Of a DNA stretch of 64,000 bases, positions 10,201-19,008 are shown in pieces. Numbering within the stretch: the first letter of the stretch is position 1; each line of letters begins with the position of its first letter. The stretch is from Alphaproteobacteria bacterium (lineage in GTDB: Bacteria > Pseudomonadota > Alphaproteobacteria > MPNO01). Where the stretch lies: assembly GCA_964291675.2 (NCBI GenBank), contig OZ219866.1, positions 3,264,001 through 3,328,000 on the forward strand. The letters are read 5' to 3'. The translations under genes and the position numbers were made by a program. Under the pieces are notes generated by a model. That model was not told the origin of the DNA and did no database searches. It was given only the letters and a program-made list of their open reading frames with translations.

Positions 10201-11333
10201 CGGACGGATCGTGGGGAAGGGCGCTGGCCGGGATCGTGGTGTCGCTCGCGCGGGGCCAGGGCGGCTACCGCGCGCCCGCGGACAGCGGGGCGGCGGAGGC
10301 GCGGCTCGCCACGGTCTTCCCGTACGGGCGCTATACGCTGTCGGAGCGGATCACGCTGTGGGGCATGGCGGGCTACGGCGCGGGCTCCATGACGCTGACG
10401 CCGGAGGCGCGGGAGACGATGCGGCCCGATATCGACTTCGGGATGGTGGCGGTCGGCGCGCGCGGCGTGCTGGTGGATGGCGGCGAGGACGGGCCGACCG
10501 TCGCGGCGAAGACGGACGCGATGGCGGTGCGCGCGCGAGCCGACCGGGTGCCGGCGCTGACGGAGACGGAGGCGGAGGTGACGCGGCTGCGCTTCGGTCT
10601 GGAGGCCGAGCGGCGCTTCGCGCTGGGCGGCGCGGCGGTGCTGACGCCGGCGCTGTCGCTCGGGCTGCGCCGCGACGGGGGCGACGCCGAGACCGGCACC
10701 GGCGCCGATATCGGCGCCGGGCTCGCGCTGTCGGACCCGGCGCGCGGCCTCTCGGCGGAGGTCCGGGCGCGCGGGCTGCTGACCCACGAGGCGGGGGGCT
10801 TCCGCGAGCGCGGCCTCTCGGCCGAGCTGAGCTGGGAGGCGGCGCCAGAGGACGAGCGCGGCCTCTCGCTCAGCCTGGCGCAGACGCTGGGCGGGCCGGC
10901 CGAGGGCGGGGCCGAGGCGTTGCTCGCGCGCCCGGCACCGGCGGGGATCGGGCCGGACGACGCGGAAGGCGATCTCGCCCGGCGCCGCTTCGAGGCGCGT
11001 CTCGGCTACGGCTTCGCGGTGTGGGGCGCGCGCTGGACGGCAAGGCCCGAGCTCGGCCTCGGCCTCTCCGACAGGCAGCGCGAGCTCCGCCTCGGCGGGC
11101 GGCTGTTCGAGCGGGCGGCCACCGGCCTCGCCGTCACGCTTGCCGTGGACGGCGCGAGGCGCGAGCGCGTGGACGGCACCGCCGGGGCGGAGCACGAGCT
11201 CGGCCTCGCCCTCGGCTGGCGCCTCGCCGCCCCGCGCGACGGGAGCGCGGCGTTCGAGATGCGCATCGAGGCGGCTCGCCGGGACGTCCCGCGCGACAAC
11301 GCGATCGGCCTCGCCGCCGCCGCGCGCTGGTAG
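7293..11333 (+). CDS. Large autotransporter-like surface protein: signal peptide, beta-rich N-terminal domain, six Ig-like repeats, C-terminal outer-membrane beta-barrel
   Basis: Hydrophobic leader ending ALA; six repeats of 103-104 aa; helix WLARFARTVG then Gly/aromatic alternating strands and terminal W; start picked at ATG 7293 after GGAGGG. Confidence 0.8.
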   Translation: MSGRRGAGSGRAARTGRACRLAAGLLLLGAGTALPGTALAEVLVSNLRQSGVKGESLGIHDFAVRFTTGPGASGYKITSIWVEFGVQEGGTAAVPTVRLFSGSPTGTELAEFTGPTVLQGNRTTERFTPNVTVTLANQTDYWVRVAYEGTGAGEDASLVLTRDGGEDASSNPGWSIADRVLQRAAGSTGSFRRYTDVEFPLTKWAGRIRVDGNVRPDNSPATGKPAISGTARVGQLLTADRGTIADDNGVPDVFEYQWFRVVGGADTEIPGATEKTYRLTDDEEGRQLRVALSFVDNDGYPEGPLASDPYPTGATVEPQQRNYPATGKPAISGIARVGQTLTADRGTVDDRNGMPDVFEYQWIRVVGGTDRDIPGATERTYALTADDEGNKLRVALSFVDNDGYPEGPLASDPYPTIGNVDPRPANIPATGKPTISGTARVGQVLTADRGTVDDANGMPDSFDYQWFRVDGQTETEIPGATGMTYSLTADDQDKQFRVTLSFVDNDGYPEARTSDPYPAGDGVDPPPPNSPATGKPVISGTARVGQVLTADRGTIADANGVPDVFEYQWIRVDGDSETEIAGATEKTYRLTAADQDKQLRVTLSFVDNDGYPEARTSDPYPAGDDVDPPPANSPATGKPVISGTARVGQVLTADRGTIEDANGVPDVFDYQWIRVDGESETEIAGANGMTYRLTAADEGKQFRVTLSFVDNDGYPEGPLASDPYPTIGNVAPRPANSPATGKPVISGIAQVGRVLTADRGTIEDANGVPDSFDYQWIRVDGQSETEIAGANGMTYRLTAADEGKQFRVTLSFVDNDGYPEARTSDPYPSDSAVLPAVDEVYGGDAIPNGWLARFARTVGAQAVDAIEARLAAPRRPGLAGSVAGQSVSGPADAAPGERSPALADRSGGAVFGSRTVSGREALAATAFAFGRDGADGGGAAFWGRGTATRFEGRKLGAVFDGEVSNAMLGADGSWGRALAGIVVSLARGQGGYRAPADSGAAEARLATVFPYGRYTLSERITLWGMAGYGAGSMTLTPEARETMRPDIDFGMVAVGARGVLVDGGEDGPTVAAKTDAMAVRARADRVPALTETEAEVTRLRFGLEAERRFALGGAAVLTPALSLGLRRDGGDAETGTGADIGAGLALSDPARGLSAEVRARGLLTHEAGGFRERGLSAELSWEAAPEDERGLSLSLAQTLGGPAEGGAEALLARPAPAGIGPDDAEGDLARRRFEARLGYGFAVWGARWTARPELGLGLSDRQRELRLGGRLFERAATGLAVTLAVDGARRERVDGTAGAEHELGLALGWRLAAPRDGSAAFEMRIEAARRDVPRDNAIGLAAAARW
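7944..9776 (+). repeat. Six intragenic tandem repeats of 309-312 bp
   Basis: Units N.PATGKP.ISG.A.VG..LTADRGT...YQW.RV...TY.LT...SFVDNDGYPE...SDPYP start at 7944, 8256, 8568, 8877, 9186 and 9498. Confidence 0.95.
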
Positions 11334-11447
11334 CGCGCGGGATACCGGTCCGCCCGGACCCGGCTTGCCTGCGGTGCCGCGGGGTGCGAGGCTCCTGGCT
11401 CCGATCCCAACCGGCCCGCCAGGGGCCAGCAGAAGGAAGAACGCGGC

Positions 11448-12515
11448 ATGGCCAAACACCCCTTTCCGGTCTTCGACGGCGACGGGCACGTGCTGGAGGA
11501 CAACGACGAGCTGCTGCAGCACTACGAGGGAAGGTTCGAGAACATGCGGATGCAGCGGACCTTCGGGATCTGGCCGAGCCTCGACGGCTGGTCGCGCGGC
11601 GTGATCAACTCAACCGAGGACGCCGAGCGCCGCTACTTCCACACCAACGCCGAGGTGTGGCGCGAGATGGTCGACGTGATCGGGATCGAGGGCACGGTGC
11701 TGTACCCGACCGCCGGGCTCGCCTGCGGGCTGATCTCCGACGTCGAGTGGGCGGCCGCCACGGCGACGGCCTACAACAACTGGCTGGAGGCCCGCTACAC
11801 CAGCCAGGACGAGCGGTTCCACGGCGCCGGCATGCTGGCGGTGCAGGACCCGGAAGCCGCGGCGGCCGAGATCGCGCGCTGCAAGACCGAGCGGGTGCGC
11901 TTCCCGGCCTGCGTGCTGCCGTCGATGACGATTTTGGGCAAGACCTACGGCGACGAGTTCTTCGCGCCGATCTTCGAGGCGGCCGAGAAGCACGCCATGC
12001 CGCTCGCCATCCACGGCGCGCCGAGCCGCGGGCTCGGCTTCGACCACTTTACCGAGTTCGTCAAGGTGCACACGCTGGAACACCCGTTTCCGCTGATGAT
12101 CCAGCTCACCGACATCGTCTTCTCGGGCGTGTTCGACCGCTGGCCCGGGCTCCGCATCGCCTTCCTCGAGGGCGGCTGCACCTGGGTGCCGTTCATGATG
12201 GACCGGATGGACTACGAGTACGACTCGATCTTCGGCGCCGGCGCGCGCAAGCGGCTGAGCAAGCGGCCGTCGGACTATATCCGCGAGGGCGACAATTTCT
12301 GGGTGGCGATGGAGCTCGGCGAGCGCGGGCTCAAATACGCGATCGACGCGATGGGCTCGGAGCGCATCCTGTACGCCTCGGACTATCCGCACGAGCCGAC
12401 CGAGGAGGATCTGACCACCGAGCTGCCGGAGTTCATCGCCTCCAACGACTACAGCGAGGCGGTCAAGCGGAACCTGCTCTACAACAACATGATCGAGTTC
12501 TACCGGCTCGGCTGA
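11448..12515 (+). CDS. Amidohydrolase-2 family metal-dependent hydrolase/decarboxylase
   Basis: DGDGH, VLYPT, AYNNWL, LAIHG, FLEGGCTW, ASDYPH. Confidence 0.88.
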   Translation: MAKHPFPVFDGDGHVLEDNDELLQHYEGRFENMRMQRTFGIWPSLDGWSRGVINSTEDAERRYFHTNAEVWREMVDVIGIEGTVLYPTAGLACGLISDVEWAAATATAYNNWLEARYTSQDERFHGAGMLAVQDPEAAAAEIARCKTERVRFPACVLPSMTILGKTYGDEFFAPIFEAAEKHAMPLAIHGAPSRGLGFDHFTEFVKVHTLEHPFPLMIQLTDIVFSGVFDRWPGLRIAFLEGGCTWVPFMMDRMDYEYDSIFGAGARKRLSKRPSDYIREGDNFWVAMELGERGLKYAIDAMGSERILYASDYPHEPTEEDLTTELPEFIASNDYSEAVKRNLLYNNMIEFYRLG

Positions 12516-12518
12516 GCC

Positions 12519-12629
12519 GTCCCTCGATACGGCCCTTCGGGCCTACTCGGGATGAGGGTCTTCTCCCGTTGCCCGCTCACTCACACCCTCATCCTGAGTA
12601 GCCGCCCGGAGGGCGGCGTATCGAAGGAC
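12519..12629. repeat. REP-like inverted pair (family 2) between convergent genes; may act as terminator or mRNA stabiliser
   Basis: GTCCCTCGATAC..hairpin..CTACTCGGGATGAGGGT / ACCCTCATCCTGAGTAG..hairpin..GTATCGAAGGAC; second copy at 47283-47386. Confidence 0.8.
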
Positions 12630-12631
12630 GC

Positions 12632-13105
12632 CTACAGCGGCACGGCGAGCAGGTTGTCGATCGCGAAGGTGTCGGCGACGACGATCTTCCTGCGGAAGCG
12701 CGCGCGGCCGGCCTCGAACACGATCTCGTCCTCGTACTTGCCGGTCGAGTAGATCCGGGTCTCGCCCTCCTCGGTCGAGTGCAGCACGAGATAGCTCGCC
12801 GACGTCTCGAACGCGCCCGCGCGCTCGACGTGCACGCGGATATTGGCGATCAGGTGGCGGATGTGGAGATACGGGTAGGTCAGGGTGTCCCGCAGCACCG
12901 TCACCCGGTCCTCCACCGCGCCCCGCGAATCGCAGTAGATCATCGCCCCCGGCAGGCCGAGCTCCCGGTTCTCGCGCGACTGCACCTCGTAGCGGCAGTT
13001 CTCGGCGAAGAATTCGGGCCAGTCCTCGAAGCGGCGCTCGTCGAGGCAGAGCGCGTAGTCGCTGTACAGGTCGAGGATGGCGAAGACGGTGGCGTCAGCC
13101 GCCAT
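12632..13105 (-). CDS. Aromatic ring-hydroxylating oxygenase small (beta) subunit
   Basis: YALCLD..RFEDWPEFF, SRENRELGLP, DRV, GKYED, IDNLLAVPL; NagH/AndAd-like. Confidence 0.9.
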   Translation of the reverse strand: MAADATVFAILDLYSDYALCLDERRFEDWPEFFAENCRYEVQSRENRELGLPGAMIYCDSRGAVEDRVTVLRDTLTYPYLHIRHLIANIRVHVERAGAFETSASYLVLHSTEEGETRIYSTGKYEDEIVFEAGRARFRRKIVVADTFAIDNLLAVPL

Positions 13106-14378
13106 TGGCGGCCGCCGCGTCGAAGCCCACCGCCCTGCGGTAGTACTGCCAGAAGCCGCGCAGCGCGACCTCCTGGGCGAGCGTGTCTCGGTCGCCCACC
13201 GCGCCGCGCCCGCCCATCTCGATGAACGAGTGCTCGCCGGTCTGGGTCCGCGTGCCCTGCTGCACCAGGCGGGCGGCCTCGCCGTCCTCCATCGAGATAT
13301 AGCCCGCCGGGCCGATCATGTTGGCCAGCCTGAGCTTGTCCTCGTGCTCGCTCTGGCTGCCGCCCTCGTAGCCGAAATAGGTCCAGTAGATCTCGAATTT
13401 CTCCGGCCCCTTGGGGCGCACGTGGCGGATCTGGAAGGCGTTGTCGACCTGGGCCACGACCAGCGAGGGGAAGATCGAGAGGATCACCGTCGTGGTGCTG
13501 TCGCCGAGCGATCTCTCGGTGCCGATGATGCGCGGGTCCTTGAGCGCGTAGTCCGGGCGGTACTTCGTGTTGGTCCTGTACTGCTCGACCAGCAGCGCGT
13601 GGTCCTTGGCGTCGTCCGGGTCGGTCTCGACATGGATGCAGTTGTTCTTGCCGTCGGCGTCGAGATAGGTGCCGCCGGTCATCGCCGGGGTCTGGATGCC
13701 GAAGCTGACATGGAACAGATGCAGCAGCGGCGCGTGGTAGGGATCGCGCGTGTTCTCGGCGTACAGCTTCCAGTTGGCCTCCACCACCTGGCGGAAATAG
13801 CCGAGGACGCGGATCGGCCGGGCGGTGATGCGCTCGATATGGCGCAATGCGACCGGGCCGAGATAGTCTTCCAGCGGCTCGGGCTCCGCGGCGAAGCAGC
13901 CGAACACCAGCCCGCGGACCGACGCGGTGCGGAGCTTGCGCATGCCGCGCCCGGCGATGTCGAAATCGTCCGGCATGCCGCCCTTGCCCTTGACCCCCTT
14001 CTGCTGCGGCACCGCGAGCAGGTTCCCCGCATGGTCGTAGCACCACATGTGGTAGGGGCAGTTGAATTGCCTGGCATTGCCGCGCAGCCTTGTGACCACC
14101 TGCGCCCCGCGATGGGCGCAGCGGTTCTCGAAGGCGTGGATCGCGCCGTCCTTGCCGCGCACCGCGACCACGCGGCGCTCGCCGAAATAGGTGGTCGTGT
14201 AGTCGCCCTCGTTCGGGATCTCGTGCTCCAGCGCGAGATACTGCCAGTGCCCGCCGGCGAAGATGCGGTCGAGCTCGATGTCGTAGAGCGCGCGGTCGTT
14301 GAACACCTCGAACGGCACCCGGGTGCAGTCCTCGGCGGTCCATCGGATATCGAGCCCGGTGCGGCGGGGCGCGGTCAT
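13095..14378 (-). CDS. Rieske aromatic ring-hydroxylating oxygenase large (alpha) subunit, salicylate/anthranilate/terephthalate-type group
   Basis: NRCAHRG and CPYHMW Rieske ligands; NWKLYAENTRDPYHAPLLH; GPAGYISMEDGE. Confidence 0.92.
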   Translation of the reverse strand: MTAPRRTGLDIRWTAEDCTRVPFEVFNDRALYDIELDRIFAGGHWQYLALEHEIPNEGDYTTTYFGERRVVAVRGKDGAIHAFENRCAHRGAQVVTRLRGNARQFNCPYHMWCYDHAGNLLAVPQQKGVKGKGGMPDDFDIAGRGMRKLRTASVRGLVFGCFAAEPEPLEDYLGPVALRHIERITARPIRVLGYFRQVVEANWKLYAENTRDPYHAPLLHLFHVSFGIQTPAMTGGTYLDADGKNNCIHVETDPDDAKDHALLVEQYRTNTKYRPDYALKDPRIIGTERSLGDSTTTVILSIFPSLVVAQVDNAFQIRHVRPKGPEKFEIYWTYFGYEGGSQSEHEDKLRLANMIGPAGYISMEDGEAARLVQQGTRTQTGEHSFIEMGGRGAVGDRDTLAQEVALRGFWQYYRRAVGFDAAAANGG

Positions 14379-14487
14379 CGGCGGTGCTCCGCATGTGAGG
14401 CGACCGCCGGATGGTGGCCCGATTCCGCGTGACACGCAATGCACGCCGGGCGCATCATCGGCGGGTTGCGGCGAGGGAGGCCGAGCG

Positions 14488-14967
14488 ATGAATGCGACCG
14501 GACCGACAGGATTGCTATCGATGGCGGCGGCCTGCCTGTTCTCGGCCGCGGTGGCCGCGGCGCCGTCCAGCGACCCGCCGCAGAGCGCCCCCGCCAGTCC
14601 GCACTACGCGAAGGCGGCCGAGCTGATCGAGGCGGAGAGATTCGCCGAAGCCCTGCCGCTTCTGAAGCAGGCCGAGGCGGCCGAGCCCGACAATGCGGAC
14701 GTGCACAACTATCTCGGCTATGCGCATCGCAAGCTGAAGAGCTACGACGCCGCGCTGAAGCACTACCGGATCGCGCTCCGCCTCGCGCCGAGGCACCGCG
14801 GCGCCAACGAGTATCTCGGCGAGCTCTACCTCGTGCTCGGCGACCTCGCCAAGGCCGAGGAGCGCCTCGCCGTGCTCGACAAGGCCTGCCTGTTCGGCTG
14901 CGAGGAATACACCGAGCTCAAGGACGCCATCGCCGCCTTTAAGGCGCGGATGGGCAAGCAAGAATGA
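14488..14967 (+). CDS. Exported TPR-repeat protein
   Basis: Signal-like N-terminus; TPR helices ADVHNYLGYAHRK and GANEYLGELY; CLFGCEEY. Confidence 0.8.
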   Translation: MNATGPTGLLSMAAACLFSAAVAAAPSSDPPQSAPASPHYAKAAELIEAERFAEALPLLKQAEAAEPDNADVHNYLGYAHRKLKSYDAALKHYRIALRLAPRHRGANEYLGELYLVLGDLAKAEERLAVLDKACLFGCEEYTELKDAIAAFKARMGKQE

Positions 14968-16094
14968 CGAAGGGAAACCCGCCCTTCCGGGCGGATCACG
15001 TCGGCAGCCTGCTGCGACCCGAGAAGCTGAAGGCCGCGCGGGACCGGCTGGAAGGCGACCACCACACGCGCGTGAGCGACAGCCGGCGCTTCGACGAGCT
15101 GCGGGAGATCGAGGACGAGGCGATCGTCGACGCGATCGCGCTTCAGGAGGGTGTCGGGCTCGGCGCCGTCACCGACGGCGAGTTTCGGCGGCGATCCTGG
15201 TGGCAGGACTTCGTGCTGGAGCTGGACGGCACCTATATCGACTTCGCCGAATTCGCGATCGAGTTCACCGACCCGCAAGGCAACCGGCTGCCCGCTCCGG
15301 TCGCGCATGTGAACGGCAAGATCCGGCGCAGCCGGTCGATAAACCGGGACTCGTTCCTGTTCCTGAACGACCGTAGCGAGGGAGTCGTCAAGATCACGAT
15401 GCCCTCGCCGCCGATCGTCCATTTCTTCGGCGGCAGGCTGGCCGTCGACGAGTCGGTCTACCCCGATCTCGACGAGTTCTGGTCCGACCTCGCGCGCGCC
15501 TATCGCGAGGAAATCGCCGATCTCGCGGATGCGGGCTGCGGCTATGTCCAGCTCGACGAGTGCATTCTCGCGCTCATGTGCGATCCGAAGTTCCGCGGCC
15601 AGTTGGAAGCGCGCGGCGACGACCCGGAGTCCCTGCTGAAGACCTATGCGATGGTGATCAACGAGGCGCTTTCGGACCGCCCGGACGGCGTGTTCGTGTC
15701 GATGCATCTCTGCCGCGGGAACAACCGGGGCCACTGGCTCGGCGAGGGCGGCTACGACTACGTCTCGGATCTGCTGTTCAACGGGATCGATGTGAGCGCC
15801 TATTTCATGGAATACGACTCGCCCCGCGCCGGCGATTTCGGTCCGCTCGCGCGCCTGCCCACGGGCAAGACCGCCGTGCTGGGCCTGGTGACCACCAAAT
15901 CGCCCGAGCTGGAAGACCCCGATGCGCTCAAGCGTCGCATCGACGCGGCCGCCCGCGTCGCGCCGCTGGAGCAGCTGGCGCTCAGCCCGCAATGCGGCTT
16001 CGCCAGCCACTTTCTGGGCAACCCGCTGAGCGAGGACGATCAACGGCGCAAGCTCGACCTCGTGGTCCGCGTGGCCGAGGATGTCTGGAACTGA
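14964..16094 (+). CDS. Cobalamin-independent methionine synthase II family protein (single-barrel MetE-like)
   Basis: RADHVGSLLRP, TDGEFRR, HLCRGN, MEYD, LSPQCGFAS Zn ligands. Confidence 0.9.
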   Translation: MTKGNPPFRADHVGSLLRPEKLKAARDRLEGDHHTRVSDSRRFDELREIEDEAIVDAIALQEGVGLGAVTDGEFRRRSWWQDFVLELDGTYIDFAEFAIEFTDPQGNRLPAPVAHVNGKIRRSRSINRDSFLFLNDRSEGVVKITMPSPPIVHFFGGRLAVDESVYPDLDEFWSDLARAYREEIADLADAGCGYVQLDECILALMCDPKFRGQLEARGDDPESLLKTYAMVINEALSDRPDGVFVSMHLCRGNNRGHWLGEGGYDYVSDLLFNGIDVSAYFMEYDSPRAGDFGPLARLPTGKTAVLGLVTTKSPELEDPDALKRRIDAAARVAPLEQLALSPQCGFASHFLGNPLSEDDQRRKLDLVVRVAEDVWN

Positions 16095-16139
16095 AGGCCC
16101 GTCCGGGCAAGCGGGCTAACACGAAGGAGGAACGGAACG

Positions 16140-17165
16140 ATGCGCTTTGTTCGATCGAATTTGCTCGCCCTGATTGCCGGCGCCGCAGCAACGAGCCTGC
16201 CGGCCTCGGCCGACACCGTGCTCAAGTTCTCCTGGTTCGGTCCACCGGTCGCCGATTTCAACAAGAACGGCGTGTTCAAGTGGGGCGACGAGGTCGGCAA
16301 GGTGACCGAGGGGAGGGTGCGGATTGAGTTCCTCGCCAAAGCCGCCGGCGCGCCGCCCGCGCATTTCGACCTGATCAGGGACGGGGTGGTCGACGCCGCC
16401 TACTATTTGCCCGGCATCACGCGCGGCCGCTTCGTGTTGCATCAGGCGGCGGAGTTCCCCTTCGGCGGCTCCGACGCGGCGACGAATTCGGTGGTCTACT
16501 GGCGAACCTACAAGAAGCATTTCGAGAAAGCGGGCGAGCACGAGGAAGTCCAGGTTCTGACGGCGCTCACCCACGGGCCGGGGCTGATCCACAACTCCAA
16601 ACGGCCGATCGCATCCGCCAAGGATCTCGAGGGTCTGAAGTTCCGCGTGCCCGGCGAGACCATCGGGACGCTGGCGAAGACGCTGGGGGCCGTCCCCATG
16701 TTCGCCAGCATCGGCCAGGTGCCGCAGCTGGTGACCCGCGGCGTCGCCGATGGCGTGTTTCTGCCCTGGAACGCGATCGGAGACTTCAAGCTGGCCAAGA
16801 TCCTGAAATTCACCACCATCGTGCCCGGCGGGATCTACAACGTCACCTTCCACGTGGCGGCGAACCCGAAGAAATGGGCGGCGCTTTCCGCCGCCGACCG
16901 CGCGGCGATCATGAAGATTTCCGGCGAGGCCGGCGCCAGGGCGATCGGCGGCTCCTGGGATGTCGGCGACCGGCGGGGCGCCGCGTACTCGAAATCGAGC
17001 GACGCGCAATGGACGGAGATGGATGCCGGCTTCCGGGCGCAGGTGGACAAGGCCTTCCGCCCGATGCGCGATGCCTGGGTAAAGGCCGCCAAGGCGAAGG
17101 GCGTGGATGGCGAGGCGGCGCTTGCCTATATGCGCGAACAGCGCGCCGCGCTCGGCGGGAAATAG
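16140..17165 (+). CDS. dctP: TRAP transporter substrate-binding protein
   Basis: Signal peptide; TEGRVRIEF, DLEGLKFRVPG, LGAVP; upstream of dctQM. Confidence 0.88.
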   Translation: MRFVRSNLLALIAGAAATSLPASADTVLKFSWFGPPVADFNKNGVFKWGDEVGKVTEGRVRIEFLAKAAGAPPAHFDLIRDGVVDAAYYLPGITRGRFVLHQAAEFPFGGSDAATNSVVYWRTYKKHFEKAGEHEEVQVLTALTHGPGLIHNSKRPIASAKDLEGLKFRVPGETIGTLAKTLGAVPMFASIGQVPQLVTRGVADGVFLPWNAIGDFKLAKILKFTTIVPGGIYNVTFHVAANPKKWAALSAADRAAIMKISGEAGARAIGGSWDVGDRRGAAYSKSSDAQWTEMDAGFRAQVDKAFRPMRDAWVKAAKAKGVDGEAALAYMREQRAALGGK

Positions 17166-17202
17166 CGGAGTCTCGTCTCTCCGGCTCTGCCTCGTGGCCG
17201 GC

Positions 17203-17703
17203 ATGCTTCGCGTCGCATCGACCATTGCCGGCGGCCGCGCCTACGCCTTCCTCTGCGGCGCGACGCTGTTCGTTCTCCTGGGGCTGACGGTGCTGGATGT
17301 GGGCGGGCGGGAAGTATTGAACCGCCCGCTTCCCGGCGGCTACGAGATCAGCGAGCTGGCCCTGCTGGCGCTGTTCTTCCTGGCGCTTCCCGCGACCACG
17401 CTGCGCGACGAGCACATCACGGTAACCCTGGTCGATCGCTGGCTTACCGACCGGGGGCGGAGGTCGCTCTGCGCGCTCGGCGACCTGCTGACCCTCGCGG
17501 TGCTCGCCGCCCTGGCCCCGTTCCTGTGGCGTCAGGCCGAGGGGATGGCCCAGTACGGCGACGTGACGCTGTATCTGCAGATCCGGACCGCGCCCTTCGT
17601 CCATTTCGCCGCGATACTCACCGGGTCGACGGCTCTCCTCGCCGCAACCCGCCTGGTCTCCCGCGGGTTGGCCGCGCCCGCCCGTCCCGGACCAGGGCGA
17701 TAG
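17203..17703 (+). CDS. dctQ: TRAP transporter small permease
   Basis: DVGGR...PLPGGYEISE, HITVTL, about 4 TM segments; start uncertain. Confidence 0.82.
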   Translation: MLRVASTIAGGRAYAFLCGATLFVLLGLTVLDVGGREVLNRPLPGGYEISELALLALFFLALPATTLRDEHITVTLVDRWLTDRGRRSLCALGDLLTLAVLAALAPFLWRQAEGMAQYGDVTLYLQIRTAPFVHFAAILTGSTALLAATRLVSRGLAAPARPGPGR

Positions 17704-17709
17704 CGCCCG

Positions 17710-18999
17710 ATGGAGCTGGCCGCCGCGGGCTTCCTGGTTCTCTTCTTTCTCGTCTTCCTGCGGGTGCCGGTTGCGGTCGCCATGATCTCCATCGGGATCG
17801 TCGGCTTCGCTGCGGTCAACGGATGGGGACCCGCCCTGATTTCTTCGGCGCACGCATTGGTCGACGCCTCCAGGCAGTACTCGCTGACCGTGATCCCCCT
17901 GTTTCTCCTGATGGGCAACATCATCGCCCGGGCGCGCTTCGCCGAAGACCTCTACGCCGCATGCGAGGCATGGATCGGGCATCGCCCCGGCGGTCTTGCC
18001 CGCGCGACGATCGTCTCCTGCGGCGCATTCAGCGCCGTCTGCGGCAGCTCGCTCGCCACCACCGCCACGATGAGCCGGGTTGCGTTGCCGCCGATGCGCC
18101 AGCTCGGCTATGCGCCGTCGCTGGCGGCCGGGTCGATCGCCGCCGGTGGAACGCTCGGCATATTGATCCCGCCAAGCGTCATCATGGTCCTGTACGGGAT
18201 CATGACCAACACCGACATCTCGAAGCTGTTCATCGCGGGGATCCTGCCCGGCCTGCTCGGTGTCTTTCTGTACGTTCGGACCATCTCGATCCTGACCCGG
18301 CTGCGGCCCGGGATCGGCCCGCCGAGCGACCCCGCGGGCTGGGCGGCGCGCTGGCGTTCGGTGGCCGCGGTGTGGGAAGTCGTCCTGTTGTTCGTCCTGG
18401 TTATCGGCGGCATCTATGCCGGAGCGTTCACGCCGACCGAAGCCGCCGGCGTGGGCGCGGGTGGCGCGCTGCTCGCCGCGGTTCTCCGCCGCCGGATCGG
18501 CGCCCGGGCCATCGGCGAGGCGCTTTACGAAACGGCGCGAATGACCGCCGGGATCTTTCTCATCCTGGTCGGCGCGCTGGTCTTCTCGAACTTCCTCAAC
18601 ATGACCCCGCTACCCAAGGCGCTCGCGGGGCTTGCCGTCGATTTCGGCACCCATCCGCTGCTGATCGTGGTCTGCGTCTCGATGATCTACGTGCTGCTCG
18701 GCTGCATCCTCGACAGCATTTCGATGATCCTGCTGACCATCCCGCTGTTCTTTCCCGTGGTCAAGGAGGCGGGCATCGACCCGATATGGTTCGGCGTGCT
18801 GGTCGTCGTGGTCACGGAAATCAGCCTGATCACCCCGCCCATCGGGATGAACATCTTCGTCCTCAACGCCACCGCGACCGACGTCCCGATCTCCACGATC
18901 TACCGCGGCGTCACGCCCTTCGTCCTTGCCGACGTCTGCCGTCTCGGCCTGATGATCGCCTTCCCGGCGATCGCGACGGTCTTGCCGTCGCTGATGTAG
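17710..18999 (+). CDS. dctM: TRAP transporter large permease
   Basis: IPLFLLMG, GSSLAT, AAGGTLGILIPPS, FTPTEAA, ITPPIGMN. Confidence 0.93.
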   Translation: MELAAAGFLVLFFLVFLRVPVAVAMISIGIVGFAAVNGWGPALISSAHALVDASRQYSLTVIPLFLLMGNIIARARFAEDLYAACEAWIGHRPGGLARATIVSCGAFSAVCGSSLATTATMSRVALPPMRQLGYAPSLAAGSIAAGGTLGILIPPSVIMVLYGIMTNTDISKLFIAGILPGLLGVFLYVRTISILTRLRPGIGPPSDPAGWAARWRSVAAVWEVVLLFVLVIGGIYAGAFTPTEAAGVGAGGALLAAVLRRRIGARAIGEALYETARMTAGIFLILVGALVFSNFLNMTPLPKALAGLAVDFGTHPLLIVVCVSMIYVLLGCILDSISMILLTIPLFFPVVKEAGIDPIWFGVLVVVVTEISLITPPIGMNIFVLNATATDVPISTIYRGVTPFVLADVCRLGLMIAFPAIATVLPSLM

Positions 19000-19008
19000 G
19001 GGGCGGGG

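Noticed and set aside
7209-11522. 1437-aa minus-strand ORF and similar long ORFs (for example 54365-58426, 57163-60762, 43209-45932, 22858-25410)
   Set aside because: Antisense or alternate-frame shadows of real high-GC genes, with no family motifs.
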